From: Candidatus Cloacimonadota bacterium | GTDB lineage: Bacteria; Hydrothermota; E44-bin80 | Length of the DNA: 39,896 nt | Assembly (NCBI GenBank): GCA_004375785.1 | Contig: SOKM01000139.1 | Location: forward strand, 1 to 39,896 | Reading direction: 5' to 3' | Shown: positions 31,266 through 39,888 of the stretch, one piece after another | How the letters are laid out: each line of letters opens with the position of its first letter | How positions within the stretch are numbered: position 1 is the stretch's first letter | Notes under the pieces: model-generated | Database searches by the model: none | Told to the model about the DNA's origin: nothing | Seen by the model: the letters and a program-made list of their open reading frames with translations, nothing else | Made by a program: the position numbers and the translations under genes

Positions 31266-31305
31266 TTCAGACGTGAGTATTTATTAAGAGGGGTGTGTAA
31301 CCCCC

Positions 31306-34300
31306 TTACTTAGAGGGAACTTTGTGGATATTATATTTATCTATATATTTATAGATGGTTCTTCTCGTTACACCTAAGAATTTAGCTGCCTTTGCAATAT
31401 TCCAGTTACTTATCTGCAATGCATCGATGACTGCTGCCCTCTTGAGTTCTTTTAATGGAACAATTTCCTTTCTGGATATATCTGCAAACCCCAGATCTTG
31501 AATGGTAATCAACTCATCCTTTGAAAGCACAACTGCCCTCTCAATAACATTCTGCAGTTCTCGTATATTTCCGGGCCACTGATATTCTTTCAAAGATTCA
31601 ACCACCTGTGGGGAAAAACCTTTAATATCATTATTTATCTCTTTACTGAACCTTTCAAGAAAGAATTGGGCAAGAACCGATATATCATTTACTCGCTTTC
31701 TTAAAGGAGGGACATCAATGCTAAAGACATTAATTCGATAGAAAAGGTCTTTTCTAAACCTCCCCTCTTTGACCTCAACATCTAACTCTTTATTTGTAGC
31801 AAAGAGAAATCGAACATCTACTCTTCGCGTTTTTGTTTCTCCAAGCCCACGAATTCTCTTCTCCTCGATTGCCTCAAGAAGTTTTGCCTGGAATGCGAGA
31901 CTTGTATTGGCAATTTCATCCAAAAATACGGTCCCTGATTCACCCTCTTCTAATAGTCCTTTTTTGTCACTTACAGCGCCGGTAAACGAACCCTTTTTAT
32001 GACCAAAGAGTTCTGATTCCAGAAGGGTTTCGGGAATTGTTCCACAATTTATTGTGAGAAATTTGTTCTTTTTTCTTTTGCTTTTTAGGTGAACAAGTCG
32101 GGCGAGCATACCTTTTCCAGTCCCGGTTTCACCAAGTATGAGAACAGGGGAATTTGTTTTTGCAACGCTTTCAATTAATCGGTAGACCTTTTTCATAGGT
32201 GCAGATTTACCGATAATATAACCCGCACCAATCTCTTCAATCATTTTGCTCTTTAACAGAATATTCTCCTCGCTTATTGAACGAAAAGCAATTGATTTTT
32301 CTATTACTGAAGCAAGGATTCTCGATACGGTTAAGAGGAAATCTTTATCTTGAATGCCAAATATTCCACTGGAAATTCTTGAATCGAGATATAGTGCGCC
32401 GATAACATTCTCTGATACTAAAAGTGGAATACAGAGTAAGGAACGAATTTTATTTAACATAACACTCTTTTTTATGTTAAAATTTGTATCCGAGAGAGCA
32501 TCCCGGGTAAAGATAATTTTAGTCTTTTCTATCTCTTTAATAGCGGTTTTGGAAAGTTCTTTCGCATCCTTTATTGTAATGTTGTCAATATCCCTTCCAG
32601 CGCAAAATTTCATTCCCTTAGCTCCTTTTATAAATAATGCCCCTCTTTCTGCGTTGGTTGTCTGGATTATTAAATCGAGCGTACTCTGAATAAAATCCTC
32701 ATCACCAAGATGGAGGCTAATAAGCTCTGCAAGTTTTGAAAATGTATCAAGGTATTCAGCCGAAATAACCCTTCTCGAATAATCCTCGGTGATAATTGGC
32801 AATAATTTTAACTGAATCTTCTCAACCCTGCTAAGTTCCAACCCTGCACCAAGTGAAGCAAATATTTCTTTTACTCTATTCAATCCCTCTGCAATATTTT
32901 TTATTTCCTCATCTGCAATGCCTCTATTTATTATTGATTCAATGTGCAGTCTCTCAAGATATGCATAGTCATAAATACAACCTATCTCTTTTAACCTGTT
33001 TGTTTCCTGTTCTATGTCAAGAGCATCCACATTCTTGAGGTTGAATCTGTTTATTTTTATAAAACCAGTGGCAATCGTATATTCTCTACTTGAAGGATTT
33101 GTCAATTCTTTTATCTTCTTTGAAAAACTTAGAGACCTCTTAAAATCTCTTTTCTCATAATAAAACTGAGATGTCACAAAAAATGACTCAATCCTTGTCT
33201 GAATGTCAAGTTTTTCGGTCTTGAGCATTTTCAATCCCTTATTGAGTGCGTTCTCTGCAAATTCAGTTCTCCCAAGACTCAAATTAATCATTGCCATTGC
33301 AAAGAAATAAAGGAGCTCTTCTTTTATCCCAGATTGCTCTTCTATAAATAATTTTGCCTGAGTAATCTCACCCTTTTTATAGAATACCCTTGAGAGGCAA
33401 TAGTTTGACATCGGAGCGTAGGGCTTGTTCTTAAGTACTTTTTTATAAAAATTGATTGCCCTATCAAATCTTCCTGAATTTTCATTTATATTACCGAGGT
33501 TTCCTAAAGCTCTATATTCCGCTGCCCTATTACTGGTCTGGTATGCTATGATTAATACATCGTTAAATAATTCCCTCGCCTTTGAGAAATTACCCCGACA
33601 GACGCATAGAAATGCAAGATTATTTAACGAACTCGCCTGGGCATTGGCTAACCTCATTTCTCTAAACCTCTTGATGGCATCTTCCACATATCCCTGTGCC
33701 TGCCCTATCTCTCCTTTTTGCTGTAACAGGAAACTTACAAGATTTTCCATATATGCAAACTGCTTTAAGAGTTTATTCTTTTTGGTAAATCTTAAACTCG
33801 CTTTAGCCTTTTCTATCCCACTCTCAAAATTACCTTTAAGCCCTTCGTAGAGTGCCTGATAATACATAGTTTCCGCCAGCATTTCAGCTTTACTGATTTT
33901 ATTTTTTGACAAAAATGACTGATTAAGAATAAACTTTACCTCTTCGAAGCGTTTTAAGTATAACAAAGAATAAACGGCTATTTTTATATAATCCTGGGTT
34001 TCCTTGCTCTTACTAAATACCATAGCCTTCCGTAAAAATTTTACTGCCTCTGTGTATTCTCCCACTGCTGAATAGACCAAACCCAGACCAGTATATACCC
34101 TGCCTGTTAAATCTTTTCTTTTGCATTTCAGCACCTTATTATAGTATTCAATTGCAATCTTATTTCTACCTATAATTTGATTTAAATCCGCAATTCTTAT
34201 TAAGGTCTCTGTATATTTTTCATGAATATTTCTCTTTTCATATCGAAGCATTATTTCGTAATACTTTAGTGCAGAATCATAATCATAAATTGAGTCTGCA

Positions 34301-36213
34301 TTTTTTGCAGACGATTGAAAATATGTATATGTCTTATCTTTATCTCCAATTCTATCACATAATCGGGCAAGAATTGGTAGATAATCTTTATCTTTTGGTA
34401 TGGTGTTCTCTATTGCATTGATAAGGGTCTGAGAGAGTAATTTCTTTTCTTTCCTCTTTAAATCCTTAACAATTAAGTGAACAAGTATCTGATTGGGTAT
34501 ATAGACTACTCTCTTATTATTTATAATTTCTTCACTTAACAAACCAAAATTTTTCAGATGTTCAATTTGAATATCAAGATTGGATTTCAGAACCAAACTG
34601 ATAACCGCAGTCTCCAGGGGATGATTGGCAAGGGAAAGAACCTTTAATATCTCTATTTCAAGATTTTCAAGTGCCTTAACCCTCATTTCTAATAAATCCT
34701 CTATTTTAAAAGGTATTACAGTTTTATGGAGCAAGCCCATTTTTATCTGCCATCTATCAGCCCGATAAAAAATAATCTTATTCTCATACAGTGTCTTTAA
34801 AATTTCCTCAATAAATAAGGGATTACCACCACTCTGTTTATGTAACCAGCTTGCGATATCTGTAAGATATGAATTTTTAACACTACCTGTTGGCACAATC
34901 TCGAAGAAGGTTCTTTCTAATAATTTTTTTACATCATTTATAGAAAGGGGTTGTAAAGAGAGACTTTTAAATCCTAAACCATTCACCCTTTCAGTAGATT
35001 TTGAAGTACCAATCAATAAAATATCAGTCCCTTTAAGACCATAGCCAATATATCTGAACAATTCCAGGTCATAATCAGACAGTCCATCAAGGTCATCAAC
35101 CATAATTATAACATGCTTATCTTTTGCAAAATTAATAAGCTCCGCTGTAATCTCTTCAAAAATTTGAAACTTATCTTCTTTGTCGGAAAGGTCAATCTTT
35201 TTACCGCCGATAAAATTTTGTAGTGATTTAAGAAAATTGGTTTTTTCTCTGGAAATATAATAGGATACTGAACAACCCTGCATTAAATATTTAAACTTCA
35301 TTTCCAGTAATAATCGGGTCTTACCAGAACCAGTATCACCATTAATTATAACCGCCTTACTTCTTGCACTTGCCAATTTTTCTAAAATCTCAGGCTTCTC
35401 CACAAATCCAGTTTTAGGTAATTTAACTTCATACGGTGGTATTTCTATTTTAATCGAAGTTAGGTATCGACTCAATGTATGAAGGAGTTCAGAAATTGTC
35501 GGTCTTACCGCAGGTTCTTCTGAAACAAGTCGAGTAAGAATATCTTTTATCTCACGCGAAATATTCTTTATTGGTTTATAAGTCTTCTTGAATTTTTTAC
35601 CGGAAAGAATTTCGTAAATTATTACACCGAGTGAATACAGGTCGCTTCGTTGGTCAACACCAATCCCTTTAATAACCTCTGGTGCCATATAGCCAATGGT
35701 CCCAGCCAGTTTGGTGGAATGTGTTGGAATGCCAGCAAAACCAAAATCAATAAGAACAGCTCTCTTCTCTTTTGGAGCATATAAGATATTCTCAGGTTTT
35801 ATATCACTGTGAATAAACCCTCTATTATGAAATGAACCAAGTCCATTGATTACTTGAATTACTGCTGAAATAAACTCTTCTGAAAATCCCTTAAAAGATT
35901 CATTTATAGGTTTTCCCGAAACATATTCGAGTGTAAAATATGACCTTCCGTCCCAGGTAATATTGTAATCAAAGACCAAAACAATATTGGGGTGTTTGAA
36001 TTGAGAAAGTATCTGGTATTCTCGTGAGATTAATTCATTATACTCGGCATCTTCTTTTCGTGCTATTTTTAAGGCTAAAGGGGGCTTACCAGTCTCTTTG
36101 ACTTTATAGACAATTGCATAATTGGTCTCTTCAATCTTCTCAAGGATGTGATAACTTTCTATTTTTTTAATTTTTTTAGGCATACGGTTCAGGGTTCGCT
36201 TTGCGCTTTTCAT
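31306..36213 (-). CDS. Giant fusion regulator: Ser/Thr kinase + STAND (AAA_16-like) NTPase + TPR + GAF + sigma54-interaction AAA+ + Fis-type HTH
   Basis: 1635 aa.
- Kinase motifs: LALKIA (Lys49), HSDIKPENIL, DFG, GYMAPE.
- STAND NTPase: Walker A GDTGSGKT (aa 292-299), Walker B HVIIMVDDLD.
- Long TPR-like region.
- GAF-like region: AERGALFIKG...LLCIPLLVSENVIGALYLDS.
- Sigma54 module from about aa 1332: GETGTGKG, ESELFGH, GSFTGA, TVFLDEI, RVDVRFLFATN, WPGNIRELQN.
- C-terminal HTH: NIAKAAKFLGVTRRTIYKYI. Confidence 0.9.
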   Translation of the reverse strand: MKSAKRTLNRMPKKIKKIESYHILEKIEETNYAIVYKVKETGKPPLALKIARKEDAEYNELISREYQILSQFKHPNIVLVFDYNITWDGRSYFTLEYVSGKPINESFKGFSEEFISAVIQVINGLGSFHNRGFIHSDIKPENILYAPKEKRAVLIDFGFAGIPTHSTKLAGTIGYMAPEVIKGIGVDQRSDLYSLGVIIYEILSGKKFKKTYKPIKNISREIKDILTRLVSEEPAVRPTISELLHTLSRYLTSIKIEIPPYEVKLPKTGFVEKPEILEKLASARSKAVIINGDTGSGKTRLLLEMKFKYLMQGCSVSYYISREKTNFLKSLQNFIGGKKIDLSDKEDKFQIFEEITAELINFAKDKHVIIMVDDLDGLSDYDLELFRYIGYGLKGTDILLIGTSKSTERVNGLGFKSLSLQPLSINDVKKLLERTFFEIVPTGSVKNSYLTDIASWLHKQSGGNPLFIEEILKTLYENKIIFYRADRWQIKMGLLHKTVIPFKIEDLLEMRVKALENLEIEILKVLSLANHPLETAVISLVLKSNLDIQIEHLKNFGLLSEEIINNKRVVYIPNQILVHLIVKDLKRKEKKLLSQTLINAIENTIPKDKDYLPILARLCDRIGDKDKTYTYFQSSAKNADSIYDYDSALKYYEIMLRYEKRNIHEKYTETLIRIADLNQIIGRNKIAIEYYNKVLKCKRKDLTGRVYTGLGLVYSAVGEYTEAVKFLRKAMVFSKSKETQDYIKIAVYSLLYLKRFEEVKFILNQSFLSKNKISKAEMLAETMYYQALYEGLKGNFESGIEKAKASLRFTKKNKLLKQFAYMENLVSFLLQQKGEIGQAQGYVEDAIKRFREMRLANAQASSLNNLAFLCVCRGNFSKARELFNDVLIIAYQTSNRAAEYRALGNLGNINENSGRFDRAINFYKKVLKNKPYAPMSNYCLSRVFYKKGEITQAKLFIEEQSGIKEELLYFFAMAMINLSLGRTEFAENALNKGLKMLKTEKLDIQTRIESFFVTSQFYYEKRDFKRSLSFSKKIKELTNPSSREYTIATGFIKINRFNLKNVDALDIEQETNRLKEIGCIYDYAYLERLHIESIINRGIADEEIKNIAEGLNRVKEIFASLGAGLELSRVEKIQLKLLPIITEDYSRRVISAEYLDTFSKLAELISLHLGDEDFIQSTLDLIIQTTNAERGALFIKGAKGMKFCAGRDIDNITIKDAKELSKTAIKEIEKTKIIFTRDALSDTNFNIKKSVMLNKIRSLLCIPLLVSENVIGALYLDSRISSGIFGIQDKDFLLTVSRILASVIEKSIAFRSISEENILLKSKMIEEIGAGYIIGKSAPMKKVYRLIESVAKTNSPVLILGETGTGKGMLARLVHLKSKRKKNKFLTINCGTIPETLLESELFGHKKGSFTGAVSDKKGLLEEGESGTVFLDEIANTSLAFQAKLLEAIEEKRIRGLGETKTRRVDVRFLFATNKELDVEVKEGRFRKDLFYRINVFSIDVPPLRKRVNDISVLAQFFLERFSKEINNDIKGFSPQVVESLKEYQWPGNIRELQNVIERAVVLSKDELITIQDLGFADISRKEIVPLKELKRAAVIDALQISNWNIAKAAKFLGVTRRTIYKYIDKYNIHKVPSK

Positions 36214-36243
36214 ATCTTATATTATCGCAGGTAAAACCTGCTC

Positions 36244-39200
36244 CTACATATTTTCTATTTCCTTCACTTTTTTAAGCCAGCTGTGAGCACAGGATTTTTT
36301 AAAGATTTTCTTCGCACTATTTATCTCTCTCTTAGCCTCTTTAATTTTTCCTGCATCTGCAAGAATCCTTGCAAGTTCATAAGATGATTTTGCAATTTCA
36401 AGCTGCATCTTCTGTTTTTTTGCGAGAGCTATTGATTGCCTAAGATAAGAAATTGCTTTTTTCAGATTCTGACTGGGTATTGTTTTTTTTCGCTGTTCTC
36501 TGTCCTTTAACCTACATCTTACATCGTACATCTTACATCCCTTTTCCTCTCTCTTCCTTCTGCTATCTTCTATCTGCTTTCTGCTAACTTCAAATAATGC
36601 CTTACCGAAAACCCGCAAAGCAATGACTTCTTTTTCCCTTGCGCCTGTCTCCTTCGCAAGGGAAAGTGCTTTTTCTGAGAATGTAAGAGCAGTTTCATAC
36701 TCTTCCCTAACCGTATCCAAATCAGATAGTGAAGCATAAACCGACGACAAATTAATTTTATCCCCTATTTTCGTCAGGATTTTTTTTGACTTTTCAAGAT
36801 ATTTTCTGGAAGTATTGAGCTCTCCCTTACTACAATAGACAATTCCAATATTGCAAAAAGCCGCACCAATACCACCTTTGTAACCTATTCCCTTTGCTAC
36901 AGCAAGGGACTTTTTATAATAGTTTAAAGTCCTATCGAATTTTCCTTTATCATGATAGACAGAACCAATGTCACCTGAAACAATACTAACTCCCAATTTA
37001 TCGCCCATCTCCTCTGCTATGGTGAGATATTTTTTAAAATATTTCAAAGCAGTATCAAGGTCACCTCTATCAAAATAGATAGTCCCGATTTTACCAGAAG
37101 CTCTTCCGACTCCCATTTTATCGCCAATCTCTTCAGATATAGAAAGATAAATTTTACAATATTTCAATGCAGGAGCAAATTCTCCTTTCTTTCCATAGAC
37201 TACCCCGATATTACCAGACACAGCACCAATTCCACTTTTATAACCTATTCCCTTTGATGTGGCAAGACCTCTCTTATAATGTCTTAAAGCAGTATCAAGT
37301 TCGCCTTTATCATGATAGACATTACCAATATTGTTGGATGTAACAACTATTCCCTTTTTATCATTTAATTCACCATAGATTTCCAATGCCTTCTCGTGAT
37401 GCTTTAGTATTTTTTCATAATCTCCTTTGAGCAGAAAAATGTTACCAAGCGTGGTTAAACCCCTAGCATAGATCTTATTTTCTCCTATCTTATCTAATTT
37501 TTTTAATGTTCTTTCTATCATTTCCTGAGCTTTTTCGTAATCATTTCTTCCATCGGCAAGAACGAAAGCATAATTAATAAGTGTTTCTGACAGAACAGGC
37601 GAATCAGGTATGTTTTTTAGCATTCGTATTGCTTCCTCATAATTAGAAAAAGCGCTATCGTATTTCCCCTTTTGCCTGAATATATGCCCTGTCTTTCTTT
37701 TAATTCCTGCCATTTTTTCTATATCTCTGTAATAACCAAAAGCAACCTTATAGTTTTTTATTGCGTTATCATATTCTGCTTTTATTTCTTCTACATCACC
37801 CATTTTTTCAAATAGTTCTGCCATACTCTCTTGTTCATCTTCAGGAAATAATTTTTTATGAATCTCTATTGCCTTTGCATAACACCCTATTGCTACATTA
37901 TTGCTGTAGAGTTTTTTTGCCCTGTCCCCCGCCTTTTTATAATACTCATAAGATTTCTCAAGAATCTCTGCATTAAAATAATGATAGGCAATGACCTCAT
38001 AGTAGTCCTCTATTTTTTCTCGAAATATTCGCTCCACACATTCTGCAACCTTTTTATGTATTTCACATTTTTTCTTTTTTGATAACCCGGTATATGCGAC
38101 ATCCTTTATTAGAATGTGTTTAAAACCATATTCTGCATCTTGTGAGAATTGCGCAGCAGTGAAGGAATTTGTTTTTCTCTGGATAAACCCTCTCTCTTCA
38201 AGAAAACCAAGATTTTTTGAGAGATTATCTTTCTTACTTATAGAGGAAAGAATCCTACAGAGAAAATTTTTTCCGATAACCGAAGCCCTGCCAAGAACCT
38301 CTTGTACCTCAGGGGGTAATTGGTCGATTCTTGACCGTATTACCGCTTCGACTGTATCGGGCACTTCAAACGAAGAGATACTTTTTGCAACCCGCCATGA
38401 ACCGCTATCACGTTTTAGAACACCCGATTCAATGAATGAGCGGACGATTTCTTCTATGTAAAATGGATTACCCTCTGATTTTTCCAGAACAAGGGATGAT
38501 AATTCCCCTGGAGGCTCAGGAATCTTCAGAAGGTTCTGAATGAGTCTCTTTGCATCATTGGTGTCAAGTGCTCTCAAGCTGATTTCATTATATCTCTTTT
38601 TGAAAATATTTTGAATAGACTCTTTGATTTTATATAAACCTGTTTTCTTCTCGGGTCTTGTTTCAAAGAGAAAAAATATGGATTCATCCTGTAATCCATC
38701 AAGAAGAAATTTTAGAAGCTCTAACGATTCAGGGTCAATCCAGTGCATATCCTCAAAATAGAGGATGAGTGGTTTATTTTTTGCAATATCTCTAAAGAGC
38801 ACCTTCACAGAGACAAATTCCTGCAAGCGCAAAGATTCAGGGTCAAGGTATTTTACCTTTTCCTGAAGGTGTTCAAGAACCTTGATAGACAAGAATATGC
38901 AAAGATAGGGAAGATATTCATCTGTCCTCTCCTTAAAAAGGCTCTCCGCTTTCCCTCCCACTTTTCTTCTTGATTGCAAATCAAGGTCGGAATCACGGAC
39001 TCCAAGATAGGAGCGGATTTGCTCGAGAAATACCCAGAAGGGAAAACCCTTACCATAGGAGGGACATCTCCCACTCAACCAGTTCACCTTATCTTTTGTA
39101 ATCTTTTTGAATTCATCGATAAGACGTGACTTCCCAACACCAGCCTCTCCATTTATGGATAACACTGCACTCTTCGCCTTCATAACCTTATCCAGAACCG

Positions 39201-39888
39201 ACTTCATCATCTCAAATTCTTTATCCCGTCCTATAAGAGGAGAGCTGAGCTGAAGAAGACCATGTTTACTGCCCGGTGCTTCCCTTATCCCCACCACCCT
39301 GTATGGTATAATACCTGCTGTTTCTCCCTTGAGACCAACCGGTTTAAGTCTATTCATCTCAAACAGATTTACAGTGCTTTTATAAACAGATTCACTTACC
39401 AGAACCTCCTCTTTTGCCATCAACATCAACCGTTCAGCATAATCTACTGTATCTCCCATAACTGTATAATCCTTGCTTGAACCCGAACTGTCTCTACAAA
39501 CAACCACAGCCCCGGAACTTATTCCAGTATGAATGGAAAGGTTTGTCCCCTGCTCTTCGTTGAATCGTCCCAGTTTACTCATTATGTCCAGAGCTGCATA
39601 AACTGCTCGCTCAGGGTCATCCTCATGTTTTATTGAGACACCAAAGAGTATCATTATGCAATTACCAATAAAATTGTCTATTGTGCCTTCATATCTATTC
39701 ACAATTTCTTTTAAGATCTTGAGAAGGTTGCCTATAATATCCTTAAAATCGGGAGGGGGAAGTTTTTCTGATAATGTAGTTAATCCTGAGATGTTTGCAA
39801 AAAGAAGAGTAACATTCTTACGCTCACCCTCTATCTGAGAAGTGTTAATTATTTTCTTTTTTGCATTTGGAATAAATCTTTTATTCAT
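36244..39888 (-). CDS. Giant STAND regulator: degenerate class III cyclase-homology domain + AAA_16-like NTPase + TPR
   Basis: 1214 aa.
- Cyclase-homology domain aa ~24-200: VTLLFANISGLT, GTIDNFIGNCIMILFG, YTVMGDTVDYAERL.
- Walker A GEAGVGKS (aa ~247-254), Walker B PLILYFEDMHWID.
- The C-terminal half is TPR (repeated GxxDxAxxxYxKxLxI units).
- 30-bp gap to the downstream kinase/sigma54 fusion gene. Confidence 0.9.
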   Translation of the reverse strand: MNKRFIPNAKKKIINTSQIEGERKNVTLLFANISGLTTLSEKLPPPDFKDIIGNLLKILKEIVNRYEGTIDNFIGNCIMILFGVSIKHEDDPERAVYAALDIMSKLGRFNEEQGTNLSIHTGISSGAVVVCRDSSGSSKDYTVMGDTVDYAERLMLMAKEEVLVSESVYKSTVNLFEMNRLKPVGLKGETAGIIPYRVVGIREAPGSKHGLLQLSSPLIGRDKEFEMMKSVLDKVMKAKSAVLSINGEAGVGKSRLIDEFKKITKDKVNWLSGRCPSYGKGFPFWVFLEQIRSYLGVRDSDLDLQSRRKVGGKAESLFKERTDEYLPYLCIFLSIKVLEHLQEKVKYLDPESLRLQEFVSVKVLFRDIAKNKPLILYFEDMHWIDPESLELLKFLLDGLQDESIFFLFETRPEKKTGLYKIKESIQNIFKKRYNEISLRALDTNDAKRLIQNLLKIPEPPGELSSLVLEKSEGNPFYIEEIVRSFIESGVLKRDSGSWRVAKSISSFEVPDTVEAVIRSRIDQLPPEVQEVLGRASVIGKNFLCRILSSISKKDNLSKNLGFLEERGFIQRKTNSFTAAQFSQDAEYGFKHILIKDVAYTGLSKKKKCEIHKKVAECVERIFREKIEDYYEVIAYHYFNAEILEKSYEYYKKAGDRAKKLYSNNVAIGCYAKAIEIHKKLFPEDEQESMAELFEKMGDVEEIKAEYDNAIKNYKVAFGYYRDIEKMAGIKRKTGHIFRQKGKYDSAFSNYEEAIRMLKNIPDSPVLSETLINYAFVLADGRNDYEKAQEMIERTLKKLDKIGENKIYARGLTTLGNIFLLKGDYEKILKHHEKALEIYGELNDKKGIVVTSNNIGNVYHDKGELDTALRHYKRGLATSKGIGYKSGIGAVSGNIGVVYGKKGEFAPALKYCKIYLSISEEIGDKMGVGRASGKIGTIYFDRGDLDTALKYFKKYLTIAEEMGDKLGVSIVSGDIGSVYHDKGKFDRTLNYYKKSLAVAKGIGYKGGIGAAFCNIGIVYCSKGELNTSRKYLEKSKKILTKIGDKINLSSVYASLSDLDTVREEYETALTFSEKALSLAKETGAREKEVIALRVFGKALFEVSRKQIEDSRRKREEKGCKMYDVRCRLKDREQRKKTIPSQNLKKAISYLRQSIALAKKQKMQLEIAKSSYELARILADAGKIKEAKREINSAKKIFKKSCAHSWLKKVKEIENM
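36513..36540 (-). repeat. Four tandem 7-bp units inside the STAND gene
   Basis: Units are TACATCT TACATCG TACATCT TACATCC. On the coding strand they are GATGTAA GATGTAC GATGTAA GATGTAG, encoding CKMYDVRCR within a basic linker before the last ~85 aa. Confidence 0.8.

Noticed and set aside
36244-39888. Calling the 1214-aa protein an active adenylate/guanylate cyclase.
   Set aside because: Both metal-binding Asp residues, the purine-specifying Lys and the transition-state Asn are substituted (N32, N72, N76, D149). It is annotated as a cyclase-homology domain only.
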